In this document: positions 8,017 to 17,063 of the stretch, in pieces
How positions within the stretch are numbered: position 1 is the stretch's first letter
Layout: each line of letters begins with the position of its first letter
Assembly (NCBI GenBank): GCA_964293235.1
Contig: CAXYYW010000001.1
Coordinates: forward strand, 1-27,101
Reading direction: 5' to 3'
Length of the DNA stretch: 27,101 nucleotides
Source: an uncultured bacterium
GTDB taxonomy: Bacteria > Patescibacteriota > Saccharimonadia > Saccharimonadales > Saccharimonadaceae
The notes under the pieces: generated by a model
Seen by the model: only the letters and a program-made list of their open reading frames with translations
Database searches by the model: none
What the model was told of the DNA's origin: nothing
Position numbers and translations under genes: made by a program

Positions 8017-8836
8017 CAAACTTGCTCTGGCACCCGAAACCAAGACGTTGCTTGACGCGTATGTACGCAGCCCCAAACAGGGTATGCTGCTAACTGGGCC
8101 GAGCGGATGCGGCCTATTTACCGTATCTCATGCACTTGCGCAGGAAGTCGTCTCACACCCAACGAACATCTTGACCGTTCAGCCAGATGAAAAGGGAACT
8201 ATACCCATAGAACGCGTGCGGGCACTCTATGTCGAAACGCGTTCAACACGCACCGAACGCTACGTCGTGCTCATAGATGACATGGACAGCATGAGCCAGG
8301 ACGCGCAAAACGCGTTTCTTAAGCTCCTTGAGGAGCCCGTCAACCACGTTCACTTCATACTGACAACCCATGAACCGGAGCGCTTGCTTGCCACCATCCA
8401 GTCCCGTGTTCAAACTATGGAGGTCGGGCGAATATCGTCGACCGATAGCCAGTCGCTCCTGCGCGCGCACCACGTCACCGACGCGGCAAAGCTGCAACAG
8501 ATGCTCTTTATAGCCTCAGGGCTGCCAGCAAAGCTTGTACGACTTGCAGATGACCCAGACTATTTCGAATCGCAGGCGAAATATGTGCGACTTGCGCGAG
8601 ATTTTCTGACGGCAAATAGTCACGAGCGCCTCAAGCTCATTAGCCAAATAAGTGGTCGAGACGAGGCGAAAACGTTCGTGGAAACGGTGGCGTCAGTACT
8701 ACAATTTACCTCAAATCGCGATGCGAAAACGGCGGGCAATGCCCCAGCCGATACTCTTGAAACCGTCGCTACTCGACTCGCCGGAAACGGCCACGTGCGC
8801 ACACAGCTCATGTATCTTGCGTTAAATGTAGTATAA
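8006..8836 (+). CDS. holB: DNA polymerase III clamp-loader subunit delta'
   Basis: LLTGPSGCG (degenerate Walker A), VVLIDDMD, AQNAFLKLLEEP, ATIQSR. Start taken at ATG 8006, overlapping the rluD end. Confidence 0.85.
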   Translation: MKLSKLALAPETKTLLDAYVRSPKQGMLLTGPSGCGLFTVSHALAQEVVSHPTNILTVQPDEKGTIPIERVRALYVETRSTRTERYVVLIDDMDSMSQDAQNAFLKLLEEPVNHVHFILTTHEPERLLATIQSRVQTMEVGRISSTDSQSLLRAHHVTDAAKLQQMLFIASGLPAKLVRLADDPDYFESQAKYVRLARDFLTANSHERLKLISQISGRDEAKTFVETVASVLQFTSNRDAKTAGNAPADTLETVATRLAGNGHVRTQLMYLALNVV

Positions 8837-8845
8837 TAGACTGCA

Positions 8846-9502
8846 ATGTTAGGTCTCTTAGTTATTGCAGCATTCGGTGTTTGGGCGCTTTTGTACCAAA
8901 GGCCGCTCGATGAAGTCGGCAACGAGTTGCCGTCGAAAATGTCCGAACGTATGGATAGGCTCTGGGGTATTGCTTCGGAAAGCATCAAAGACCGCAAGTA
9001 TCTTCGGGCAGAAAAAGCACTTCTGACCATATTGCGCGTCGATGAACGCAACGCAACAGCCTACAACCGCCTCGGCATCCTCTATGCGAAGCAACGGGCG
9101 TATCAAGACGCTATAGAATGTTTTGAAATTGCCCAGAGCCTTGAGCCAAGCGCATCAAGTCTGCATAATGTCGGACTTATCTACTACGAAACAGGGGTGT
9201 ACGACAAAGCAGCACTCGCGTTTGAGCAGGCTCTTGAAATGGAAAGTGGGCTGGCGGCGCGTCACATAGCCTACGCAAAGGTTCAGGAAAAGCTTGGCGA
9301 CAACAAAAAAATGATTGCGAGTCTTGAGCGCGCAGTCGAACTAGAGCCAAATCCGCAGAGCCTTGGAATCCTGGCAGACGCGTACGAAAGATCAGGGCAA
9401 GATGAGCTTGCTGGTCAACTGAGGACGAAGGCCCAAAAGATGATTATCCCCGCCGGCGCCCCAAAACGCATCGTCCAGCCGCCACGCAGAATCGTCATGT
9501 AA
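8846..9502 (+). CDS. Membrane-anchored tetratricopeptide repeat protein
   Basis: N-terminal TM helix followed by TPR consensus units (AYNRLGILY, SLHNVGLIYY..A..AFEQAL). Confidence 0.85.
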   Translation: MLGLLVIAAFGVWALLYQRPLDEVGNELPSKMSERMDRLWGIASESIKDRKYLRAEKALLTILRVDERNATAYNRLGILYAKQRAYQDAIECFEIAQSLEPSASSLHNVGLIYYETGVYDKAALAFEQALEMESGLAARHIAYAKVQEKLGDNKKMIASLERAVELEPNPQSLGILADAYERSGQDELAGQLRTKAQKMIIPAGAPKRIVQPPRRIVM

Positions 9503-9514
9503 GCAATAACCGTG

Positions 9515-9548
9515 AAAAGAAAAGAGCCCTTAAAGGGCTATTTTCTTT
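9515..9548. terminator. Bidirectional intrinsic terminator
   Basis: AAAAGAAAAGAGCCCT-TAA-AGGGCTATTTTCTTT between the convergent TPR gene and tRNA-Tyr; U-tracts on both strands. Confidence 0.85.
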
Positions 9549-9633
9549 GGTGCTGGGAGTAGGATTCGAACCTACGAAGGCGAAAGCCATTAGATTTACA
9601 GTCTAACGTGTTTGACCGCTTCACTATCCCAGC
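9548..9633 (-). tRNA. tRNA-Tyr(GUA)
   Basis: GCTGGGA/TCCCAGC acceptor stem, TTAGA-CTGTAAA-TCTAA anticodon arm, long variable arm, GGTTCGAATCC T-arm, encoded CCA; uninterrupted. Confidence 0.97.
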
Positions 9634-9648
9634 TTGTCGGAGCATCGT

Positions 9649-10026
9649 CTATTTTACCTCATATCTGGCGAACTTTCCAGCCTCGATATTAATCGAATTT
9701 CGATTCTCAAGCAGCGTCCATGGTATAAGAAACTTTCTGTTATTGCCCGTATATATGAATAACAAATCAAAATCGCCATCAGAATACTTTTTTGCAGTGT
9801 AATACGACCGATTGCCACCCATCGTCCTCAAAGCTGCCTTGTATCTCTTTTCCTTAGTATAGAAGCCAGCGTACTTGACTTGAACTCTATGTAACATGCC
9901 ATCTAGTTCAACGACTAGATCATACGGTTTTTTATCTCCTATTGGCAAACACACCTCGTATCCATTAGACATAAAATACGCGATTGCATTTGCTGCGGCG
10001 ATATCGCCTTTTTCTTTAGGTTTCAT
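9649..10026 (-). CDS. Free-standing PD-(D/E)XK endonuclease-family protein (group I intron-associated / I-Ssp6803I-like)
   Basis: KGDIA...GYEVCLPIGDKKPYDLVVELDGMLHRVQVKY...YSDGDFDLLFIY matches the PDDEXK_5-type layout (D8, D36, Q49, K51). Confidence 0.85.
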   Translation of the reverse strand: MKPKEKGDIAAANAIAYFMSNGYEVCLPIGDKKPYDLVVELDGMLHRVQVKYAGFYTKEKRYKAALRTMGGNRSYYTAKKYSDGDFDLLFIYTGNNRKFLIPWTLLENRNSINIEAGKFARYEVK

Positions 10027-10075
10027 ACAACTATAATAGCAGAGTATATTGCTGTTATCGAAGCAAAAAATAAAA

Positions 10076-10152
10076 TGGAGCCGCTTCTCGGGATCGAACC
10101 GAGGACCTACGGTTTACAAAACCGTCGCTCTGACCATCTGAGCTAAAGCGGC
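10076..10152 (-). tRNA. tRNA-Thr(UGU)
   Basis: GCCGCTT/AAGCGGC acceptor stem, ACGGT-TTTGTAA-ACCGT anticodon arm, GGTTCGATCC T-arm, encoded CCA; uninterrupted. Confidence 0.97.
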
Positions 10153-10170
10153 AGACTCAAGTGCTGTAGT

Positions 10171-10208
10171 ATTGTATCAAAATCGCCTCTGATATGCCAG
10201 TGGCATAT
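10171..10208. promoter_or_regulatory. tRNA-Thr promoter plus overlapping 17-bp palindrome
   Basis: Minus-strand extended -10 TGATACAAT (10179-10171). ATATGCCA-G-TGGCATAT at 10192-10208 covers the expected -35 region. Confidence 0.55.
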
Positions 10209-10251
10209 AGTTCTTGACAGCACTTTCATTATTTCATGTTATGATTACTTC

Positions 10252-10524
10252 ATGAAAGGTAAGAAGCTCTTTGTTGGAACAGGTATATTCCTGCTTGTCA
10301 TTGCGGCCATACTGTTAATCTTTGGGTTTATAGCCATATCTTCGCTACTCGGATTCGTCATATTTCTGTGTGGCATATTCGTATTCCTTATCGGTATAGA
10401 GCTCGTTATCCATCCAAATCTCGAGGATTTTCTACAAGTTATATTTGGCATCATCAACTTCTTTTCGTTCGGGCCCTGGGTAGACCCGCCATCTCCAGCG
10501 AAGAAAAAAGACGATAAAGATTAG
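10252..10524 (+). CDS. Small membrane protein (90 aa)
   Basis: Two to three hydrophobic helices and a basic C-terminal tail; TGtTATGAT lies 6 nt upstream of the ATG. Confidence 0.7.
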   Translation: MKGKKLFVGTGIFLLVIAAILLIFGFIAISSLLGFVIFLCGIFVFLIGIELVIHPNLEDFLQVIFGIINFFSFGPWVDPPSPAKKKDDKD

Positions 10525-12275
10525 TCTTGCGACAATATGAGTGCTTTGTGCGCCGCGAGGGGGACGGTGATAGTCTGTGCGCCGTCTGTCTCGGCAACGA
10601 GTACGAACGACTCACTGGAATCAGACTTGTAGCCACTCCACGATGAGTTGAAACGCACTGTCCACGAGCCCGCAACTGGCACCCAGAGTTTATACTCGTC
10701 AAAGTTACCATCTCCAAAATTAAGAACAACATAGGTGTCATCTCTCGGGCCGCCCTTGTCCCAGCGGTGATATGCAAATACTTTGTCTTTTTCGTTAATG
10801 TGGAAGAGGTTGACGCCACGGCCCATGAGACCGGCGGTATTGTTATAGAGGTTAAGCCGAAGGTCTATAAGATGCTGGTGGGCAAGCACGATCCCATTGA
10901 ACTGTTCGGTTTTTGGCCATTCGAGTTCTTTCCAGTCACTAAAATCACCGTCCTGCATAAATTCCTCACCCTGTACGAGCATGGGAATACCTGGAGCTGT
11001 CAAGGTGGCCGCGCTGGTGACGAGTGTGTGCTGACGCGCCTCCGCGCTTTCACCGTTGCCTGGTGTCACTGCCTCGTTCAGACGCACCTGGCCGTTGGCT
11101 GCAGTGTCATGAGAATCGGTGAAGATAACTTTCTGAAACGCGTCACCGTTATAATTCGCGAGGAGCTCATGGCTAAAATCAACAGGGAAAGGCACAGAAA
11201 GCCCCGAGAGTGCCCGCATACTGTGCGGAAAGTTCAGACCCCACTGCGCATCAAAACCACAGCCACCTTCGCGCACAGGCTTCGTGAGATACGAATTCAC
11301 CGAGCAATCCTCTGCAATCATCACAGCACCTGGGTTAATACGGTGCGCAAGCCGGGTCATGGCCCCGAGGAGCTGCCATGCATCACCTATATCGTGAGCC
11401 GGGTCATCGTTTTGGCCCATACTGTTTCGCATATATATAGTCGAATCAAGCCTCAGGCCGTCAAGCCGATATTCACCAAGCCACATAGTGACATTATCGA
11501 GAAAGAACTGCCGCACTTCCGGCCGTCCATAATCTGGGCGGGCACCCCACGGCGTGTCACCGCGCTCGTCATTATAAAAGTAGATTCCACCCCGACCATT
11601 TTCGCTCCAGCCGTCGAATTGCCAGAGGTCGGTCGCACTAAAATGGTTATAGACGACGTCGGCGATAACGCCTATACCTCGGGCATGCGCTGCTTTAACA
11701 AATTCCATAAGTCCGAGACGGCCGCCATATGACGGCTCAACTGAGAAAATGTGGCTCGTGCTATAGCCCCAGCCATGATCGGCGGCCATAGTCGTGACGG
11801 GCATAAGTTCTATCATGTTAATACCAAGGTTAGACAGGTAATCGAGCTTTTTTATAGCGTCTGAAAAGGTTCCCGGCGTTGACGCATCAGGACGATTGAA
11901 TGTTCCAACATGTAGCTCATAGTACACTTGCTGTTCTTTTGGAACAGGCATGAACAGGTCATCACCCCAGTCGAAGTCATGCGCCGCCACAACCGACATG
12001 CCACCCTCGGCCGCCGTCAACACTCGTGCACGTGGATCGTTACGCCTGAGTATGCCGTTTTCGGTCTCTATAATGTACTGGTAGCCAAATCCTGCCGTAG
12101 CGCCTTCTACAAAAATACTCCAGTACCCATCATTTTCACTTTCAAGTGACGTTCCTTGGTTATCGTATGTCTCCGTTACAAGCCTGACGCCTTTCGCAAA
12201 AGGAGCCCATACGCGGAATAACGCTCCGTTGTGGCGAAGCGTGACCCCCAGGTCTTTTTTTACCTGATATTTCAC
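10521..12275 (-). CDS. GH13 alpha-amylase family enzyme, GlgB-like (branching enzyme / trehalohydrolase-like) with CBM48-like N-terminus
   Basis: FRVWAP, YELHVGTF, ELMPV, WGY, DVVYNH, GLRLDST (nucleophile), IAED (acid/base), SHD; no signal peptide; GTG start. Confidence 0.9.
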   Translation of the reverse strand: MKYQVKKDLGVTLRHNGALFRVWAPFAKGVRLVTETYDNQGTSLESENDGYWSIFVEGATAGFGYQYIIETENGILRRNDPRARVLTAAEGGMSVVAAHDFDWGDDLFMPVPKEQQVYYELHVGTFNRPDASTPGTFSDAIKKLDYLSNLGINMIELMPVTTMAADHGWGYSTSHIFSVEPSYGGRLGLMEFVKAAHARGIGVIADVVYNHFSATDLWQFDGWSENGRGGIYFYNDERGDTPWGARPDYGRPEVRQFFLDNVTMWLGEYRLDGLRLDSTIYMRNSMGQNDDPAHDIGDAWQLLGAMTRLAHRINPGAVMIAEDCSVNSYLTKPVREGGCGFDAQWGLNFPHSMRALSGLSVPFPVDFSHELLANYNGDAFQKVIFTDSHDTAANGQVRLNEAVTPGNGESAEARQHTLVTSAATLTAPGIPMLVQGEEFMQDGDFSDWKELEWPKTEQFNGIVLAHQHLIDLRLNLYNNTAGLMGRGVNLFHINEKDKVFAYHRWDKGGPRDDTYVVLNFGDGNFDEYKLWVPVAGSWTVRFNSSWSGYKSDSSESFVLVAETDGAQTITVPLAAHKALILSQD

Positions 12276-12320
12276 GTCTACCAGTATGGAAGCATAAGCG
12301 CTATTTGTCTAGAGGTCTGA

Positions 12321-14519
12321 CTATTCGTGCTTGATAGTAATCTTTTTCAACCATTTCGGGCCCCACCAACTCGCTTTGCCAAAGAGCTGCATAACGGCTG
12401 GGACGAAGAATATGCGGACAAAGAATGCATCGACAAGCACTGCAACGGCCATACCGACACCGATTTGTTGTATGAGCGAGATATGCGATGTCGCGAACGC
12501 TGAAACGACGACAAACATGAGTAGGGCGGCGGCCGTTATGATAGGCCCGGTCTTTGCAACACCACCAACAATAGCTTCATGCGGATCTCCAGTTTGGTCG
12601 TACAGCTCATGCATACGGCTATAGAGAAAGACAGAGTAGTCCATAGAGAGGCCAAATGCCATGACGAAAACAAGTATAGGGATAGAGAGGTCGAATCCCG
12701 TGGCTGTTGTCATACCAAGCAAATCAGCACCCCAGCCAAACTGGAATATCATAATGAGAACGCCCAGAGATATGAAGAGCGCAACACTGTTGATGAGAAT
12801 CGCTTGGAGCGGAAGAAGCACCGAACCAAGCGACAAGCTTAGCACGACAACCATAGCAACCGCGATGATGCCTATAGCATAGGGCGCACGCCGTTTGTAT
12901 GTATCGAGCGTGTCCTGAGAACGAGCGGCCATACCAGTCACGGCAACGTGTACGCCATCACCGTAATTGGCCGACTGAAGCTCACTTATTACCCCTCGTA
13001 TGCGGCTATCGCTCGACTCATAGGACGGTACAATTTCAACCCGCGCATACGTACCACTCACGTATTTCGCTGCGCTTTTCTCTAACAGAGCTGCCTGCTG
13101 GGGTGCTTGTAGTTTCAAGCCTGCAATCATGTACGGCATTTTCGTGCAGTCAGGCATGTTCTCCGACGGGCTATAGGCTCCTTGCACGCTATCGACACCA
13201 TCGAGCTCTGATATAGTCTTCGACAAACTGCACGGCTCAGTGATTGAGGGCTCCTTGTCGAACGTTGCGAGCACGGTCAGCGTCGGCGTTTTTATGTCAA
13301 ATTGTTCACTCATGACCTTGCCAACATGGTAGGCGCTTTGGTTGCTTGGCAATGTGCGCCAATCAAACGTCGATGTCTGGAAGTGTCCAACTGGCCAAAA
13401 GAGCCCGGCTATAATGGCAATACCTGCTGTGAGCGCGACAAACGGGTGCTTTGTGACAGCAACCGCAAGTTTGTTCCAGCCCTTCGCAACACTTTTGCGA
13501 GGCTTCATAGCCCATTTGTCTATAGATTTACCTATAAGCTGAAGGGCGGGCGGCAGGAGGAGACTCGAGATAATCACCGCCACAAAAACGGCTGCTGCTC
13601 CGCCAATGCTCACGCTCGCCATGAACCCGACAGGGAAGACGAGAAGGGCAAGCAGACAGATGATAACCGTGAGGCCGCTAAAGAAGACTGTTCGTCCTGC
13701 CGTTTTGGATGTCATACGCGCAGCTTCGGCTGGACTATTGCCTTCATGAAGTTGTTCGCGGAAGCGATTCACCATGAGCAACGAATAATCTATAGAAAGC
13801 CCAACACCCAGGATAGTGATGATATTAAGCGTATAAGTATCGATACCCACGAAATGATGAATGATTCGCGCAACCGCAAGTGCGCCGAGAATAGTCAGGA
13901 TACTCATAGCAAGTGGGATAGCAGCCGCTATAGGTCCCCTAAAGAACCAGAACAGGAGCACGGCAAGTATTGGCAAGCTTATCATCTCCGCCATACTTAA
14001 GTCTTCTTTTGCTTGATTCATGGTCTGTTTTTGTCCGACCAATGTACCGCCTATAGACACCGTAAAGAGATCGCTGTTGGCTGAGCCGCTGAAATTCGTA
14101 AGTGACTTGTACTGTTCATCGCCCGTACCGTCAAGCGTCACAACGGCGTAGGTGTCGTGGCCATCTCGTGATACAAACTGGTCCAGCCCTGTTGTGTAGT
14201 AACTTGTTGTAGAGGCAGGATTCAGGTCCTTAAGCAAGCGGGTGACTTCGGCTGTATACTTCTCGCTACGCACATTTGCGGTGCGGTCTTTTGCCTCAAA
14301 CAGCACAATAGACGTCTTCGTGTCATCTGTGCCAAATATGTCTTTCACGCGTTGGTTCGTCTGTTCCGACGGGGTGCCCTTCGCGAAAAAGTTGTCATTT
14401 GCATCGCTGAGCATGCTAAATAGCCCAAGTCCATACGCGCCGGCACCAAGGAGAATCACCAGGCCCACAGCGAGCACTGACTTCGCATGATGCGATAAGA
14501 ATCGTGTAAGAATATTCAT
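12321..14519 (-). CDS. MMPL family (RND superfamily) membrane transporter
   Basis: Two repeats of a TM-loop-5TM architecture with GLSIDYSLLMVNRFRE and GLSMDYSVFLYSRMHE, TAGRTVFFSGLTV and TGPIITAAA. Confidence 0.93.
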   Translation of the reverse strand: MNILTRFLSHHAKSVLAVGLVILLGAGAYGLGLFSMLSDANDNFFAKGTPSEQTNQRVKDIFGTDDTKTSIVLFEAKDRTANVRSEKYTAEVTRLLKDLNPASTTSYYTTGLDQFVSRDGHDTYAVVTLDGTGDEQYKSLTNFSGSANSDLFTVSIGGTLVGQKQTMNQAKEDLSMAEMISLPILAVLLFWFFRGPIAAAIPLAMSILTILGALAVARIIHHFVGIDTYTLNIITILGVGLSIDYSLLMVNRFREQLHEGNSPAEAARMTSKTAGRTVFFSGLTVIICLLALLVFPVGFMASVSIGGAAAVFVAVIISSLLLPPALQLIGKSIDKWAMKPRKSVAKGWNKLAVAVTKHPFVALTAGIAIIAGLFWPVGHFQTSTFDWRTLPSNQSAYHVGKVMSEQFDIKTPTLTVLATFDKEPSITEPCSLSKTISELDGVDSVQGAYSPSENMPDCTKMPYMIAGLKLQAPQQAALLEKSAAKYVSGTYARVEIVPSYESSDSRIRGVISELQSANYGDGVHVAVTGMAARSQDTLDTYKRRAPYAIGIIAVAMVVVLSLSLGSVLLPLQAILINSVALFISLGVLIMIFQFGWGADLLGMTTATGFDLSIPILVFVMAFGLSMDYSVFLYSRMHELYDQTGDPHEAIVGGVAKTGPIITAAALLMFVVVSAFATSHISLIQQIGVGMAVAVLVDAFFVRIFFVPAVMQLFGKASWWGPKWLKKITIKHE

Positions 14520-14555
14520 ACCTCCATGATACCCTGCTTAAAACAGCTTTGCTGA

Positions 14556-15776
<1,221 letters not shown>

Positions 15777-15799
15777 TTGTGTAGCAGTACGCTTAAAGC

Positions 15800-16420
15800 A
15801 TGAAAAGAGTCAGGAGTAAACGAACACGATATAGCCTCGCGATAGTTGCCGGGGTTATTGTTGCCGTAGTAACAGCGCTATATGGCAATCTTGAATACGT
15901 TCCGCTACTTAGCTGGGACGCGGCCGCACTTGTAATATTTGGTGTTATAGCACTTGATATGAGAGGCGCTGACGCGGAAAAGACCCGTGTCGTGGCGCGA
16001 CGCGATGACATGAATCACTCTCTCAGCGATATCATCGTACTCACCGCAAGTCTCGTCAGTATTGGCGCTGTTGTTTACCTTTTAGCTAGTAAAGATACCT
16101 CTATAGTTCACGTTGGGTTCGGGCTTGCGAGTATCGTCATCTCATGGGCGACGGTCCATATGCTCTACGCACTTCGCTACGCGGCCATGTACTATTCAGA
16201 CCCCGAAGGTGGCGTGGATTTTAACAGCAAAGGACAGCCCCGCTTTTCCGATTTTCTCTACATGGCTTACACGCTCGGCATGACGTATCAGGTTGCTGAC
16301 ACCGACCTCACAACGTCTGCGTTTCGTAAAGTTATACTCGGCCACGCAGCACTCTCATTTGTCTTCGGCACCACCATCATTGCGACGACAATTAACTTTA
16401 TAGCTAGCTTGAGCAAATAG
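15800..16420 (+). CDS. DUF1345-like membrane protein
   Basis: SWATVHMLYALRYAAMYY, PRFSDFLYMAYTLGMTYQVADT, RKVILGHAALSFVF. Confidence 0.8.
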   Translation: MKRVRSKRTRYSLAIVAGVIVAVVTALYGNLEYVPLLSWDAAALVIFGVIALDMRGADAEKTRVVARRDDMNHSLSDIIVLTASLVSIGAVVYLLASKDTSIVHVGFGLASIVISWATVHMLYALRYAAMYYSDPEGGVDFNSKGQPRFSDFLYMAYTLGMTYQVADTDLTTSAFRKVILGHAALSFVFGTTIIATTINFIASLSK

Positions 16421-16458
16421 GGGAAAACTGCTACAATTTACGGCGTTGCTCGGGTTAT

Positions 16459-16534
16459 GCCGCGATAGCTCAGCTGGTAGAGCGCATCCATGGTAAGGAT
16501 GAGGTCCCGGGTTCGAACCCCGGTCGTGGCTCCA
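16459..16534 (+). tRNA. tRNA-Thr(GGU)
   Basis: GCCGCGA/TCGTGGC acceptor stem, CATCC-ATGGTAA-GGATG anticodon arm, GGTTCGAACCC T-arm, CCA; TGcTACAAT promoter upstream. Confidence 0.97.
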
Positions 16535-16552
16535 TGAATAGTTAATTTAACC

Positions 16553-16581
16553 TTGCAGTATATGTGATTATGGTTTACTAT
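16553..16581 (+). promoter_or_regulatory. Sigma70-type promoter for the 50-aa ORF
   Basis: TTGCAG (16553-16558), 17 nt, TACTAT (16576-16581). Confidence 0.6.
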
Positions 16582-16613
16582 AAGGTTTAGAGCTAAGTTA
16601 ATCCACCATACAA

Positions 16614-16766
16614 ATGCACCTTACACCAAAACATCGCACCAAAACACTCGCCACGGTTCTCATGACTGTGGTTTTAGTTATTTCTGGGTTCTTTGTACTG
16701 CTCTCCGCAAAGGCCATGCCAAACCCCGACGGCCCAGTTATAACCACGACTGACGTTTCGAGATAA
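16614..16766 (+). CDS. Small secreted or membrane-anchored peptide (50 aa; not in ORF track)
   Basis: MHLTPKHRTKTLATVLMTVVLVISGFFVLLSAKAMPNPDGPVITTTDVSR*: basic n-region, long hydrophobic h-region, A-K-A motif. It fills the tRNA-rpmG gap. Confidence 0.6.
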   Translation: MHLTPKHRTKTLATVLMTVVLVISGFFVLLSAKAMPNPDGPVITTTDVSR

Positions 16767-16814
16767 GTTACAGTTTACTCTCTGTTACATCTGTGATAGA
16801 ATGGTTCACTAGTT

Positions 16815-17021
16815 ATGGCAAAGAAGAATACAAAACGGAAGTTGGTTGGTCTTGTGTCGACAGCGTCTGGACACAGGACGTACTATACCGTTAAGAACAC
16901 CCAGACGACAACTGAGAAGCTGAGTCTCAAGAAGTACGATCCTATCACGCGCAAGCATGAAGTCTACGAAGAGACGAAGAAGAATTTAGGACGTAACGAA
17001 GTCAAAGCTCGGAAGTCTTAG
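16815..17021 (+). CDS. rpmG: 50S ribosomal protein L33 (Cys-free type, C-terminal extension)
   Basis: YYTVKN...EKLSLKKYDPITRKHEVYEE; TGaTAGAAT promoter upstream and terminator downstream. Confidence 0.95.
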   Translation: MAKKNTKRKLVGLVSTASGHRTYYTVKNTQTTTEKLSLKKYDPITRKHEVYEETKKNLGRNEVKARKS

Positions 17022-17035
17022 CGATTGTTCGATAT

Positions 17036-17061
17036 AAAAGAGCGCCTGACGGCGCTTTTTT
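17036..17061. terminator. Bidirectional intrinsic terminator
   Basis: AAAAGAGCGCC-TGAC-GGCGCTTTTTT between convergent genes. Confidence 0.9.
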
Positions 17062-17063
17062 GG

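Noticed and set aside
8006-8836. HolB Walker A lacking Lys and missing the Zn module
   Set aside because: Delta' is normally ATPase-inactive and often degenerate; not novel.
9548-10152. Group I intron or integrated element in the tRNAs
   Set aside because: Both tRNAs fold completely with encoded CCA. The spacers (15 and 49 nt) are too short for a ribozyme core, and there is no integrase or duplicated tRNA 3' end.
10767-11732. Long antisense ORFs (e.g. 10767..11732, 13302..14000, 3365..3913)
   Set aside because: They are shadows of well-supported genes on the opposite strand, with no recognisable motifs or start signals.
16815-17021. Cys-free L33 as a zinc-starvation paralog
   Set aside because: No Zur-like palindrome or second paralog is visible; likely the lineage's standard L33.
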